Shown: one piece after another, positions 37,987 to 47,929 of the stretch
How the letters are laid out: every line of letters begins with the position of its first letter
How positions within the stretch are numbered: position 1 is the stretch's first letter
NCBI GenBank assembly: GCA_020718105.1
Contig: DYDA01000008.1
Coordinates: forward strand, 5,553 to 69,552
Reading direction: 5' to 3'
DNA from: Micavibrio sp.
GTDB lineage: Bacteria > Pseudomonadota > Alphaproteobacteria > UBA9219
DNA length: 64,000 nucleotides
Notes under the pieces: model-generated
Databases searched by the model: none
Seen by the model: only the letters and a program-made list of their open reading frames with translations
What the model was told of the DNA's origin: nothing
Position numbers and translations under genes: made by a program

Positions 37987-38903
37987 AACCAGAAGACTTT
38001 GACCTGTTTTCCAGCCTTGTGAAGCAGCGCTCAGGCCTTGTGTTGAGCAAAGACAAATCTTATTTGCTTGAATCGAGATTGATCCCCGTTGCACGGAAAT
38101 ACAATCTGAAAACTCTTGAAGAATTGGCGCAACTTGTTCGCACGAAGCGTGATGAGGCGATCCTTCATGCTATTACAGAGGCGATGACAACCAATGAGTC
38201 TTTCTTTTTCCGTGATACGAAGCCTTTTGATCAATTTAAAAAGCTTTTGCTGCCAGAGCTTCTTCGGACGCGTGCGGCTAAGAAACAATTTCGCATCTGG
38301 TCTTCGGCTTCTTCCAGTGGACAAGAGGCTTATTCTTTGGCCATGATTTGTGCGGAAGAAGCGGCCAAGCTTCAAGGATGGAAGATAGATATTCTTGGAA
38401 CGGACATTTCCACGGAGATGGTTGAGCGTGCAAAAAGCGGTATTTATTCTCAGTTCGAAGTTCAGCGGGGCTTGCCCATTGCTCTTTTGATGAAGTGTTT
38501 TTCGCAAATTGGCACGGATAAATGGCAACTTAAAGAAGAGTTGCGTCGCATGGTACAATATCGCGAGGGAAATCTTTTAACGGATTTTGGTCCCATCGGT
38601 GTTTTTGATGTCATTTATTGTCGCAATGTTCTTATCTATTTTGATCAGCCAACCAAAACGCGTGTTTTGGAGGCCATGAGCCATGTTTTGGCTCCCGATG
38701 GTGTTTTGTTCTTAGGCGGTGCGGAAACTGTTTTGGGCATATCCGATAAGTTCAAGCCTTTGGAAAACGAGCGCGGCGTGTATGTCTTGGCGAATAGACC
38801 CGACACGGGGATGTTGCCAAAGGGGCGAGGAACGGGTGTTGCCCCTCCTGTGGGATCGTCCGTTTTTACGGGGACTTCGTCGTCAGCTTCTATTTCTGCA
38901 TAA
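37983..38903 (+). CDS. cheR: chemotaxis protein methyltransferase CheR
   Basis: ESFFFRDTKPFDQF...RIWSSASSSGQEAYSLAM...YCRNVLIYFD CheR motifs; ATGA overlap with cheB. Confidence 0.9.
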   Translation: MKPEDFDLFSSLVKQRSGLVLSKDKSYLLESRLIPVARKYNLKTLEELAQLVRTKRDEAILHAITEAMTTNESFFFRDTKPFDQFKKLLLPELLRTRAAKKQFRIWSSASSSGQEAYSLAMICAEEAAKLQGWKIDILGTDISTEMVERAKSGIYSQFEVQRGLPIALLMKCFSQIGTDKWQLKEELRRMVQYREGNLLTDFGPIGVFDVIYCRNVLIYFDQPTKTRVLEAMSHVLAPDGVLFLGGAETVLGISDKFKPLENERGVYVLANRPDTGMLPKGRGTGVAPPVGSSVFTGTSSSASISA

Positions 38904-38919
38904 TAAAAAGAGTGTGGTT

Positions 38920-38958
38920 GAAAAAAAGGTTGGCATGATGCCAACCTTTTTTTTGTTT
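38920..38958. terminator. bidirectional intrinsic terminator (cheR / ctrA convergent)
   Basis: A7-GGTTGGCATGATGCCAACC-T9. Confidence 0.8.
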
Positions 38959-38975
38959 GGAAAAGACGGCGCTTA

Positions 38976-39689
38976 TTAAGCTGGTCTTTGTTGAAGTTTA
39001 GGGATTTCTGTTCCGGCGGGATCGCGCAGAACATAGCCACGTCCCCAAACGGTTTCGATATAATTTTCCCCGTCTGCTGCATGAGCCAATTTTTTGCGAA
39101 GTTTACAAACAAAAACGTCGATAATTTTTAACTCAGGCTCATCCATGCCGCCGTAAAGGTGATTAAGGAACATTTCCTTGGTCAGCGTTGTGCCTTTACG
39201 CAGGCTGAGCAGTTCAAGGATGCCATATTCTTTACCCGTGAGATGCAGCGGGGCGCCACCGACTTCAACGGTGCGAGCGTCAAGATTAACGGTCAATTTG
39301 CCTGTGCGAATAACGCTGTCTGAATGCCCTTTGCTGCGACGAATAATGGCGTGAATGCGGGCGACAAGTTCGCGGCGATCAAAGGGCTTTGTAAGGTAGT
39401 CATCAGCGCCGAAGCCAAGACCTTTAATCTTGTTATCCAATTCGGATAAACCGGAAAGGATTAAAATGGGGGTTGTGACTCGCGCAGCGCGCAGGCGGCG
39501 TAGAACCTCGTAGCCATCAATATCGGGCAACATAAGATCAAGAATGATAATATCATAATCATAGAGCTTTCCGATTTCGAGTCCGTCTTCGCCAAGATCA
39601 GTGGTATCGACGATAAAGCCTTCGGCTTGAAGCATAAGTTCAATGCTTTTGGCGACGGATGTATCATCTTCAACAAGGAGAACGCGCAT
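38976..39689 (-). CDS. ctrA: cell-cycle master response regulator CtrA
   Basis: 237 aa, nearly residue-for-residue match to remembered Caulobacter CtrA (MRVLL.EDD...[24 protein letters not shown]...[50 protein letters not shown]...[14 protein letters not shown]). Confidence 0.95.
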   Translation of the reverse strand: MRVLLVEDDTSVAKSIELMLQAEGFIVDTTDLGEDGLEIGKLYDYDIIILDLMLPDIDGYEVLRRLRAARVTTPILILSGLSELDNKIKGLGFGADDYLTKPFDRRELVARIHAIIRRSKGHSDSVIRTGKLTVNLDARTVEVGGAPLHLTGKEYGILELLSLRKGTTLTKEMFLNHLYGGMDEPELKIIDVFVCKLRKKLAHAADGENYIETVWGRGYVLRDPAGTEIPKLQQRPA

Positions 39690-39996
39690 GGGATTGCCTC
39701 TTGGAAAAGGGAAAATCAGGACTATCTTGATGATTAACGCGAGAGAAAAGAGCCTCGTTAACCATACTTCTTTGTATATTGGTAAAGCAGCTTTAACAAA
39801 AAGTAAACATTATTAACAGAGGAAATTATCAAAAAAACAGGGTTATTGCTCTTGTTTTTAAAGATGCGGCGGTTTCATCACAGCTTTCTTCTTAATATTT
39901 GTTGTTTTGAATCATAATGTTAGTGTATTGTATGGATAGGCGATGCGATGAGGGGTAGCTTTCTTGCGCCCTTGGTTTTCTTTGAAAGAGGCTCTT

Positions 39997-41052
39997 GTGA
40001 GACAATTTAAGCCTATATTATTAGGGTGCGAAGGCCCTGTTTTAACGGAAGATGAGCGTGGTTTCTTTGCCCGCATCAACCCTTTTGGCTTTATTCTTTT
40101 TCAAAGGAATTGTGTAGACCCAGACCAAGTGCGGACGTTAACGCAATCCTTGCGTGAGTGTACCCGCCAGAGTGACCTTCCTATTTTCATTGATCAAGAA
40201 GGAGGGCGAGTCGCCCGCCTTAAACCACCTCATTGGCCCGCCTTACCCGCGATTCGCTCCATCGGAAAATTGTATGAAAATGATCCGGCTCAAGGACGCG
40301 AGGCGATGCGTCTTCATAGCCTTATAACGGCCCAAATGTTGAGAGCTGTGGGGATCAATGGCAATTGTGCGCCAGTTTTAGATTTGCACATTGATGGCGC
40401 GTCTAACGCGATTGGTGATCGAGCGCTAAGCGATAGGCCTCAGGCTGTGGCTGATTTGGGGCGCGTGGCTGTTGAGACCTTTCTAGCCGAAGGCGTATAT
40501 CCGGTTATAAAACACATGCCTGGTCATGGGCGCGTGCAGGTGGATCCTCACGTCGATTTACCTTTTGTTGATACGGATATTCAAACACTGCAAGAAAATG
40601 ACTTTGTGCCTTTTCAGGCTCTTTATGATGCACCCATCGCCATGAATTGCCATGTTGTTTTTCGCGCGCTTGATCCATTGACGCCTGTTTCTCTTTCCCC
40701 ATCAGTGCATCAAAACGTGATACGGGGTCGCCTTGGCTTTCAGGGACTTCTTATGACGGATGATTTGGCGATGGGCGCTTTAAAAATGCCCCTTGAACAA
40801 CGTGTGCGGTGCGCGTTTGAGGCTGGGGCTGACATCGCCCTTTATTGCACTGGTTCTATGGCGGGCATGCACTCTGTTGAGACAGCGCTGCCCGCTGAAG
40901 CGAGCAAGGCGACGCTTGCGCGATGGGCTGGAGCACAGGAACGCTTGAAAGACGCTGGTGCTTTGAGAAGCGCAAAGGAAGGCGATGTTGATTTTTTGAT
41001 TGCGCGTCTCATGGCTCTTCTTGAGGAAGGCGCTGTTACGCGATCGGCCTGA
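39997..41052 (+). CDS. nagZ: beta-N-acetylhexosaminidase NagZ (GH3)
   Basis: ILLGCEGPVLTEDERGFF...IFIDQEGGRVARL...KHMPGHG. The GTG at 39997 is preferred as start because of the AAGAGG RBS; the listed ORF begins at a TTG at 39964. Confidence 0.8.
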   Translation: MRQFKPILLGCEGPVLTEDERGFFARINPFGFILFQRNCVDPDQVRTLTQSLRECTRQSDLPIFIDQEGGRVARLKPPHWPALPAIRSIGKLYENDPAQGREAMRLHSLITAQMLRAVGINGNCAPVLDLHIDGASNAIGDRALSDRPQAVADLGRVAVETFLAEGVYPVIKHMPGHGRVQVDPHVDLPFVDTDIQTLQENDFVPFQALYDAPIAMNCHVVFRALDPLTPVSLSPSVHQNVIRGRLGFQGLLMTDDLAMGALKMPLEQRVRCAFEAGADIALYCTGSMAGMHSVETALPAEASKATLARWAGAQERLKDAGALRSAKEGDVDFLIARLMALLEEGAVTRSA

Positions 41053-42286
41053 TTTTGGTGTCGGTCATGATCGCTTTGTTGAAAATAGCCCCCGTAATAT
41101 CCGCGCCTGTGAAGTTGGCGCTGCTCAAATCCGCATCGGTAAAATTAGCATCACGAAGCACCGCGCCCGTGAAATCGCTATAACGTAGATTGGCTCCAAC
41201 AAAACAAGTGGCCAGTGTTCGATTGCCTTCAAAAAAGAGGGGTTCCATGCGAGCTTTTATGAATTTGGCCCCGACCATAACGCATTTGCTAAAGTTGGTT
41301 CCTCGTATGTCTGATCCTTTAAAAGAACAATGACGAAAATCACTATGTTTAAGGTTGGCGGCTTGAAGATTGATGTTCGAAAGATCGTGGCCATACCAAA
41401 TCGAGTGCTCGGCAAAAAGCATCGTCAAGTTTGTTCCTGTTAAAGGCGGCGCGTTACGAAGATCAAGATTGGACAGGTTGAGCCTTTTTCCATCTTCTCC
41501 TTGCGTCCTGATCCAAATTTGATGAAGTTTGATCATTTCTTCAAGCGGTTCTTCTAATTCATTGAGCGTGTTCCCAGCGGGTTGATCCGTCAAGGTTCCT
41601 GATAGATCGACATTTTCAAGATTGGAAAAGTCCATCATTGTTCCCGTCAGATTGGCCCCCTTAAGACTGACGTTTTTCAATTCGCACTGGCTAAGATCCG
41701 CGCCGGATAGATTGGCGCCAGCCAAATTAGCCCCGTTTAGGTTGCCTCGAATAATGGTTGATTTAGAGAGGTTGGCATCTTCGAAGTTAGAGTTGATCGC
41801 GATAGCGCCGGAAAGTTTAACGGAGCCAAGATTCGCACCGCGCATATCAACGCCGCCTGTGCCTTCTTTCCAAACATCGCTGTCGCTTGTGAAGGTGAGG
41901 CCTTTATCGGGGTCATAGGTGGCATAGGCGCCTTCACGCAAATCGGCCTCATTGAGATCGGCGTTAGCCATGATGGCGCCGCGTAAACACGCGCCGCGTA
42001 GATCCGCGCGAACAAGGCTGGCATGAGAGAAATTGGCTTTGCGAAGGTCACAAGCGTAAAAAACACAATAATCCAATTTGCAGTTTTCAAAGTCTGTTTC
42101 CACCATGACGGAACTGGTAAAATCAGCATTGGACATATCACTGTCTTTAAAAGTGAGCCCCGATAAATCATAATGTTGCAAAGTTGCGCGCGCCCCGTTG
42201 GCACGACCCTTTTTAAAGGCTCCATGTTTTACAATAATTTCATCCAAGCTTGCTTGGTCGATGATTGTTAAAGCATCTGTTGGCAT
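41036..42286 (-). CDS. pentapeptide-repeat protein
   Basis: 416 aa made almost entirely of A(N/D)L(S/T)xA-type pentapeptide repeats; no signal peptide. Confidence 0.8.
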   Translation of the reverse strand: MPTDALTIIDQASLDEIIVKHGAFKKGRANGARATLQHYDLSGLTFKDSDMSNADFTSSVMVETDFENCKLDYCVFYACDLRKANFSHASLVRADLRGACLRGAIMANADLNEADLREGAYATYDPDKGLTFTSDSDVWKEGTGGVDMRGANLGSVKLSGAIAINSNFEDANLSKSTIIRGNLNGANLAGANLSGADLSQCELKNVSLKGANLTGTMMDFSNLENVDLSGTLTDQPAGNTLNELEEPLEEMIKLHQIWIRTQGEDGKRLNLSNLDLRNAPPLTGTNLTMLFAEHSIWYGHDLSNINLQAANLKHSDFRHCSFKGSDIRGTNFSKCVMVGAKFIKARMEPLFFEGNRTLATCFVGANLRYSDFTGAVLRDANFTDADLSSANFTGADITGAIFNKAIMTDTKIRPIA

Positions 42287-42313
42287 AAGGGGGGAAGACC
42301 TTGCGTTTTTATG

Positions 42314-42601
42314 TTATTGTTTGTTGCTCATCAAGGGGCGTAGCATTTTACAAAGGCTTCCCTCGCATTGAACAAGCATAGAGGTTGGCATGGGGGCTGC
42401 GTTTTCTCCGACGGTTTTAGGCGGTATGCATTCTACGCGATAGAGCGTCGATGAATCCCCCCCCATTTTTTGCTGATAAATCTCAATCTTTTTCGGGGAG
42501 CAATTGTTCATGCGCGCAACTTCGCGCGCGTCCGCAGGGGCGGCAAAACAATCCGTTCCATAAAAACTTATGAGAAGAGGCAAGAGCGCTATCCATTTCA
42601 T
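42314..42601 (-). CDS. small secreted Cys-containing hypothetical protein
   Basis: Signal peptide MKWIALLPLLISFYGTDCFAAPADA and 5 Cys in about 70 mature residues. Confidence 0.4.
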   Translation of the reverse strand: MKWIALLPLLISFYGTDCFAAPADAREVARMNNCSPKKIEIYQQKMGGDSSTLYRVECIPPKTVGENAAPMPTSMLVQCEGSLCKMLRPLMSNKQ

Positions 42602-42635
42602 CACAAAACTATAGCGAAAGAATGTTAATGTGTCG

Positions 42636-44531
42636 TTACTGATGTGATTCATCGCCGCGATGCTTCAAGTCGTTCAACATATTGTTATTGATGGTTACTG
42701 GAAAATCCTTGCGAAGATAGAGAGCGTATTGTTCCGCTATGTTTTGGGGAAGGTGTTCGTTACTATCTTCCACAACCGTTGATAAGGTTTCTTCTGGTTT
42801 TTTGGGATCAACGGGAACAATATCCGAGAGTCTGAGGATATAATGTTGCCCTTGTCCTTCCGCTGTTATGACATCCCCTTTTTTCATTTTAAAGATGGAA
42901 GCTATGGCCTGTGGAGGAAGCGTGCGGTCAGGCTCGCTGAGTTGAGAGAGGGGCTTGGAAAGCGTGAGGCGCATTCCCGGATAGGAGGCGTAGCTTGTCG
43001 CTGTTTTTCCTTCGCGTAGAGCCTTGGCAATCTCTTCAGCGGTTGAGGCCGCTTTGATGGCTTGTTGCTGTTTTAGCCAATCCGCTGCGACAAACGCTTT
43101 TGCCTCTACAAAAGGTTTTGTGTGAGAAGGGGTGATGTTGTCATTGCGAACGACGTAGTACTTGCCTTGTCCGCCATCTATAACTTGCCCCGTTTCCCCT
43201 TGGCCTAATTCAAAGACAGAACGCAACGCCGCGTCTTTGTTGGGAATGTCTTTGACTTCTTTTCCCTCAGGCGTGAGGCCGTCTTGATCAAGAGACGGGA
43301 AGCGATCAAGGCGAAGTTTAAGAGTGTCGGCGCATGTTTCAAGTGATCCACCGCCTGCGATCATATCATCCAATTTGTTGACGGTGCTGGCAATTTGATC
43401 TCCGGCTTGTTCGTCTTGAAGTGTTTTTTTGAGGTCGTTATGAACTTCATCGAGAGAAGGTTTCCCGCCGGCATGGATTTTTTTATTTTGAAGAACATGC
43501 CAGCCAAGAGGACTTTTGATCGGAGAAGAAATTTGTCCCTCTTCAAGCGTAAAAACAGTTGTGTAAAGTTCAGGCAGGATGTTTTTTTCGCTTACCTTGT
43601 CCATGGTGACGGGCGTGAGGCTTTTAGCTTTGGCTATAGCGATCAAGTTCGAAGCGGCGTGGGCTGCGTCGGAAAAAACTTTGGCTTTTGCTTCATCTTG
43701 AAAAACGACTTGAACAAGGTCACGCGTTTCTGGTCGCGTGATTTCATTCGTGCGGGCTTCATAGGCTGCCTTTATCTGTTCCTCACTCACTTTTATATCT
43801 TTGACAAGAGAGTCCGTCTCAAGGGTTGTTATAGTCATGCCGCGATATTCAGGAACAACATAGCGTCCTTCATGCTCTTTATAAAAAGATTCCAGCGCGG
43901 CGTCATCGGCTTTGGGAAGGTTTTTCAAACTGTCGTTGCGTAAGGCCAAAATCTCTATAATTCTTTTGGCGCCCCGTGCTTGATAAAGCGTATCAAGCAT
44001 AATCTGGGGAAGGGGGCGCTTGGAGGCTATAGACGAGAAAATAAGCTGTCGCGCTGTTTCATGCCCTTGGGCATCTAAGAAACCTTGTTCGGTCATGCCT
44101 GTTTTGTTGAGGAGTTGTTGCCATAGTTGGACATTAAAGCGCCCGTCTTTATCACGAAAATGGGTGTTTTGAGCCAAACGATTCATAATAAGCGCTCTGT
44201 CAAGGTTGAGACCAAGACGCGTCGCTTCTTGATTGAAGAGTTCTTCATGGATGATAAAATTAAGCGTTCTATCAAGGACGCCGATTTGTCGGGCTTGCGT
44301 TACGGTAAGGTCAGCGCCGAAAACCTTGCGGGCTTCGGGCATGCCCATTTGAAAGCGTTGTTCAAGCGTTTGTGCGGGAATAGTTATTGCCCCAACCTTG
44401 GCCACTTCTCGTAAACGGGGATTGCCTTTGAACATATCTCCGATTCCCCAAATGCCAAAACTGACAACAAGGAGGATCATAAGGCTTTTGAAAACCCATG
44501 ATTTGGCAAGTTCGCGTATTGTTTGAAGCAT
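42636..44531 (-). CDS. ppiD: periplasmic folding chaperone PpiD (SurA-like PPIase)
   Basis: 631 aa; N-terminal TM (LMILLVVSFGIWGIGDMF), SurA-N-like domain, parvulin-like segment. Confidence 0.75.
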   Translation of the reverse strand: MLQTIRELAKSWVFKSLMILLVVSFGIWGIGDMFKGNPRLREVAKVGAITIPAQTLEQRFQMGMPEARKVFGADLTVTQARQIGVLDRTLNFIIHEELFNQEATRLGLNLDRALIMNRLAQNTHFRDKDGRFNVQLWQQLLNKTGMTEQGFLDAQGHETARQLIFSSIASKRPLPQIMLDTLYQARGAKRIIEILALRNDSLKNLPKADDAALESFYKEHEGRYVVPEYRGMTITTLETDSLVKDIKVSEEQIKAAYEARTNEITRPETRDLVQVVFQDEAKAKVFSDAAHAASNLIAIAKAKSLTPVTMDKVSEKNILPELYTTVFTLEEGQISSPIKSPLGWHVLQNKKIHAGGKPSLDEVHNDLKKTLQDEQAGDQIASTVNKLDDMIAGGGSLETCADTLKLRLDRFPSLDQDGLTPEGKEVKDIPNKDAALRSVFELGQGETGQVIDGGQGKYYVVRNDNITPSHTKPFVEAKAFVAADWLKQQQAIKAASTAEEIAKALREGKTATSYASYPGMRLTLSKPLSQLSEPDRTLPPQAIASIFKMKKGDVITAEGQGQHYILRLSDIVPVDPKKPEETLSTVVEDSNEHLPQNIAEQYALYLRKDFPVTINNNMLNDLKHRGDESHQ

Positions 44532-44727
44532 AAAAAATCCTAAAGTTGATGAAAAGTGATTCCCGATTGCACAGTCACATGATAAAAGCCTATGATCAAT
44601 CCGGCAACTGGATTAGAAAAAAAAGATCAACCCGCCTGTAACCTCATCAAGACTCTGGGATCGGTGTCCTTTTCGCTGTATCACCCAAACCTCTGAGTCT
44701 CTCGATAACGATTATAAGGAACGCTCG

Positions 44728-45474
44728 ATGGCTAAAAGACGCAAGCTGATTGTCGGTAATTGGAAGATGAACGGTCGTTTAACTTCGGGGTTGAATTTGG
44801 CGCGGGAAGTAGCTGATAGAGCCACGGCCTCAATGCCGTTGACGTTCGATATTGTTCTTTGTCCTCCCGCCACTTTAATCTGGCCGATTGCAGAGACGTT
44901 AATGGGATCGCCCGTTCTACTGGGGGGGCAGGATTGCCATTATGCGAATCATGGAGCCTATACCGGTGATTTAAGCGCTGGAATGCTCGCTGATCTTGGT
45001 TGTCGTTATGTCATCTTGGGACATTCCGAGCGGCGGATGGCGTATGGCGAGCAGGGCGATCTTATTGCCCAAAAAGTAACGTCGGCTCAGTTGGCTGGCT
45101 TGACGACTATCGTCTGTCTTGGGGAAACATTGGAGCAGCGTGCCAGTGGCGCAACGGAAACGGCAATTGTGCAGCAGCTTTCAGCCTCTTTACCGGACAA
45201 ATATCATGCCTCGCAGCTTGTGGTTGCCTATGAGCCTATTTGGGCGATTGGAACGGGGGAGGTTCCCAGCGTTGAGGAGATTCGCATTGTTCATCGCCTG
45301 ATTCGTCGTTCCTTGGGGGTTGCCGGAGAAACGGTTCAAGTCATCTATGGTGGCTCGGTTGTCCCTAATAATGCTGAATCCATCTTGCAAGATGATGATA
45401 TTGATGGCGTTTTGGTCGGAAGCGCTAGTCTCAACGGCGATGGCTTTTGGACTATTGCGGATAAAGCGCGATAA
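44728..45474 (+). CDS. tpiA: triosephosphate isomerase
   Basis: KLIVGNWKMNG...ILGHSERR...VAYEPIWAIGTG. Confidence 0.95.
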   Translation: MAKRRKLIVGNWKMNGRLTSGLNLAREVADRATASMPLTFDIVLCPPATLIWPIAETLMGSPVLLGGQDCHYANHGAYTGDLSAGMLADLGCRYVILGHSERRMAYGEQGDLIAQKVTSAQLAGLTTIVCLGETLEQRASGATETAIVQQLSASLPDKYHASQLVVAYEPIWAIGTGEVPSVEEIRIVHRLIRRSLGVAGETVQVIYGGSVVPNNAESILQDDDIDGVLVGSASLNGDGFWTIADKAR

Positions 45475-45776
45475 AAGGTTTAAAATAAGGCTTGCCTTCC
45501 CTTGCGCGTTTCGACTATAGAGGCATCCTCGTTGCCCGTAAGGGTGACGTCCTGTCCAAGACTGCGGGCGCTGACCAAAAGCATAGTGGGTCAGCTTAAA
45601 CATGCCAGCATAGACGGAAATTGATTGTAAGAGCGCTCTTTGCGGATCAATCGCAAATCAACGCGCCGTTTCATTCCTTCTATTCCCCTTGGTCATGACA
45701 GATAAAAAGGTTTTACGCCGTGATTAGTTTTGCGTGCGTCATCGGGGCTTCAGTTTTGTTTTTTGGAGGAGGAAAG

Positions 45777-46301
45777 ATGATCAATCTAAGCAATAACCGT
45801 AAGGGTAAAGAGAAGAAGGTTGGGGCGCTTACCGACTTGACGCAGTCTGAACTCGTCGTTGTGGCGCATTCGTCGGGCTTAAACGCGGATCAGACATTGG
45901 CCTTGCGCCGTTCTGGTCGTGCGGCTGGCGTGACGATCAAAGTGGAAAAGAACACGCTGGTTAAGCTGGCTATTAAGGACACGTCACTTGCTGGCTTGGA
46001 TCCTTTCATGACGGGGCCAACGGTTCTTCTTTATTCCCAAGATCCTGTTGCGGCAGCGAAAATTGCGGCAGAGTTTTCCAAGAAGAACAAGCAATTCAAG
46101 ATGGTCGGCGCTGCTTTGGGGGACCAGATTTTGGATGCCAATGGGGCGATGGCTCTGGCAACCTTGCCATCGCTTAATGAGCTGCGCGGTACGCTTGTCG
46201 GCTTGCTTCTGGCTCCGGCCACGAAGATCGCCGGCATTCTGCAGGCTCCCGCTGGTCAGCTGGCTCGTGTGGTTTCCGCCCACAGCAAGCAGGCCGCTTA
46301 A
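45777..46301 (+). CDS. rplJ: 50S ribosomal protein L10
   Basis: Internal Met after GGAGGAGGAAAG RBS; ...GLNADQTLALRRSGRAAGVTIKVEKNTLVKLA matches the L10 core. Confidence 0.85.
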   Translation: MINLSNNRKGKEKKVGALTDLTQSELVVVAHSSGLNADQTLALRRSGRAAGVTIKVEKNTLVKLAIKDTSLAGLDPFMTGPTVLLYSQDPVAAAKIAAEFSKKNKQFKMVGAALGDQILDANGAMALATLPSLNELRGTLVGLLLAPATKIAGILQAPAGQLARVVSAHSKQAA

Positions 46302-46365
46302 CACCATTCCGATTGAAGTCGGATAGACGCATAACAACACACTGTTTAACAAAGGAGAGAGTACG

Positions 46366-46737
46366 ATGACCAAGCTAGCGAAGATTGTTGATGAATTGTC
46401 GGCCCTGACCGTTATCGAAGCGGCTGAGCTATCCAAGTTGCTGGAAGAGAAGTGGGGCGTTAGCGCCGCTGCTCCTGTGGCTGTTGCCGCTGCTGCTGGC
46501 CCTGCCGCCGCTGCTGCTGAAGAGCAAACCGAGTTCACGCTCGTTCTGGCCGCCGCTGGCGACAAGAAGATTGACGTCATTAAGGAAGTCCGTGCGATCA
46601 CGGGGCTGGGCCTTAAGGAAGCCAAGGATCTGGTTGAGGGCGCGCCCAAGACCGTTAAGGAAAATGTTGCCAAGGCCGAAGCCGAAAAGTTCAAGAAGCA
46701 GCTTGAAGCCGTTGGCGCCAAGGTTGAATTGAAATAA
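46366..46737 (+). CDS. rplL: 50S ribosomal protein L7/L12
   Basis: 123 aa; Ala-rich hinge; C-terminal domain [36 protein letters not shown]. Confidence 0.95.
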   Translation: MTKLAKIVDELSALTVIEAAELSKLLEEKWGVSAAAPVAVAAAAGPAAAAAEEQTEFTLVLAAAGDKKIDVIKEVRAITGLGLKEAKDLVEGAPKTVKENVAKAEAEKFKKQLEAVGAKVELK

Positions 46738-46815
46738 GGATTTTTGTTAGCGAGCCATTTGGCGAGCTTACAAAAACCTTATCCCCGCGAAGGCGGGGAT
46801 CCAGATAAAGTTTAA

Positions 46816-46846
46816 AAAGGCGGGGTTCATCCCCGCCTTTTTTTTG
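46816..46846 (+). terminator. intrinsic terminator after rplL
   Basis: AAAAAGGCGGGGTTCATCCCCGCC-T8. Confidence 0.85.
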
Positions 46847-46848
46847 TA

Positions 46849-46953
46849 TATAGCCCGTCCGCTTGAAAACCCGAAAATTTTTTCTCCGCCAAGCAGCATA
46901 AGTCCAAGAGAAGTCAACAGGCGCGGCCAAAAAGTTTTCGGGTTTTCAAGTTG
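46849..46953. repeat. 115-bp family-B repeat, copy 2
   Basis: TATAGCCCGTCCGCTTGAAAACCCGAAAA...AAAAGTTTTCGGGTTTTCAAGTTGACGCAGTATA. Confidence 0.75.
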
Positions 46954-46976
46954 ACGCAGTATACCCAAAACAGTTG

Positions 46977-47137
46977 AAGAGTTGGCAAGCAGTGAAGAAA
47001 CCAAATGGGATCCCCGCCTACGCGGGGATGACGCTAAAGGAAAGCTATTTCCTTAAAACCCCCGTCATGCCAGCGAAGGCTGGCATCCCATTTTTTGTTT
47101 TTTCTGTCTCAAAGAAACCCAACTCTTGAAGTGGAAG
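46977..47137. mobile_element. 160-bp MITE-like element, full copy
   Basis: Same TIRs and nested hairpins as 31077-31236. Confidence 0.8.
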
Positions 47138-47249
47138 AGGTATATCTTTTTGTTTCAGCTGATCATTCATGAAACTTTTAAGAGTTGAGGCAAAAGCGGG
47201 TATAACTTTTTTGAGAATTATCTACCCCTGATTATAGGATCGCAGAAAT

Positions 47250-47675
47250 ATGGCCAATATAACGAATGCCGATAAGGAGGGGGCCGATGCCCCAGAATCT
47301 AAAGAGGAAATAATTGCGAGATTGAAACGTGCTTTGGAAGATGGCTCTATGCCTAAAGGGCAAATAATTGCGGAATGGAAGCGTGCTACGCAATGCACGA
47401 ATCCCACTATTGGGAATTTAATGGTAGGCTATGCGTTGGGCGGCGTGGCTCTTTTCATGGGGGGAACCGGCCTCTTGATTGCCACTGGGGCTGCCGCTGA
47501 AACCGCACGGGCTCTTGTGGGTCCCTCTCCCGTGAAAGAGGTTTTGATCGGCGTCGTTGTTACAAGCGCATTTGGATTAACTTCATGCGAGTTTATAAAA
47601 CAGGGTTTTTCCCTTTGTCGAAAAACAACCGCCATGTGGAAAACAAGAAACGCCCCTGCCTTGAAGCAAGGTTAA
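47250..47675 (+). CDS. small hypothetical membrane protein
   Basis: 141 aa; hydrophobic Gly/Ala-rich core (LMVGYALGGVALFMGGTGLLIATGAAAETA); no recognisable family. Confidence 0.35.
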   Translation: MANITNADKEGADAPESKEEIIARLKRALEDGSMPKGQIIAEWKRATQCTNPTIGNLMVGYALGGVALFMGGTGLLIATGAAAETARALVGPSPVKEVLIGVVVTSAFGLTSCEFIKQGFSLCRKTTAMWKTRNAPALKQG

Positions 47676-47929
47676 GCGTCCCCCCCGCTTTGTATAGTTA
47701 AACCGGATAATCATTGTAGTGTCCTGTCGTCATCGCGAGCGACCGCCTTGTCCCCCGAAGCGCAGAGCGCGTAGGGGGAAGGGAGCGTGGCGACCTGTCG
47801 CGCCGAAGCTGCGAAGCAGCGTAGGGGGATCCATCTCCTATATTTCCCACCATTGACTTTGTTGGCCAATTCAGGAGATGGACTGCCGCGTCGCCTTTAC
47901 AAGGCTCCTCGCAGTGACGGCAGAAGGCT

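Noticed and set aside
39690-39963. CtrA boxes (TTAA-N7-TTAAC) in the ctrA/nagZ divergent promoter region
   Set aside because: Several TTAAC half-sites are present (39742, 39765, 39805, 39825), but none with the canonical 7-bp spacing. Autoregulation cannot be supported from sequence alone.
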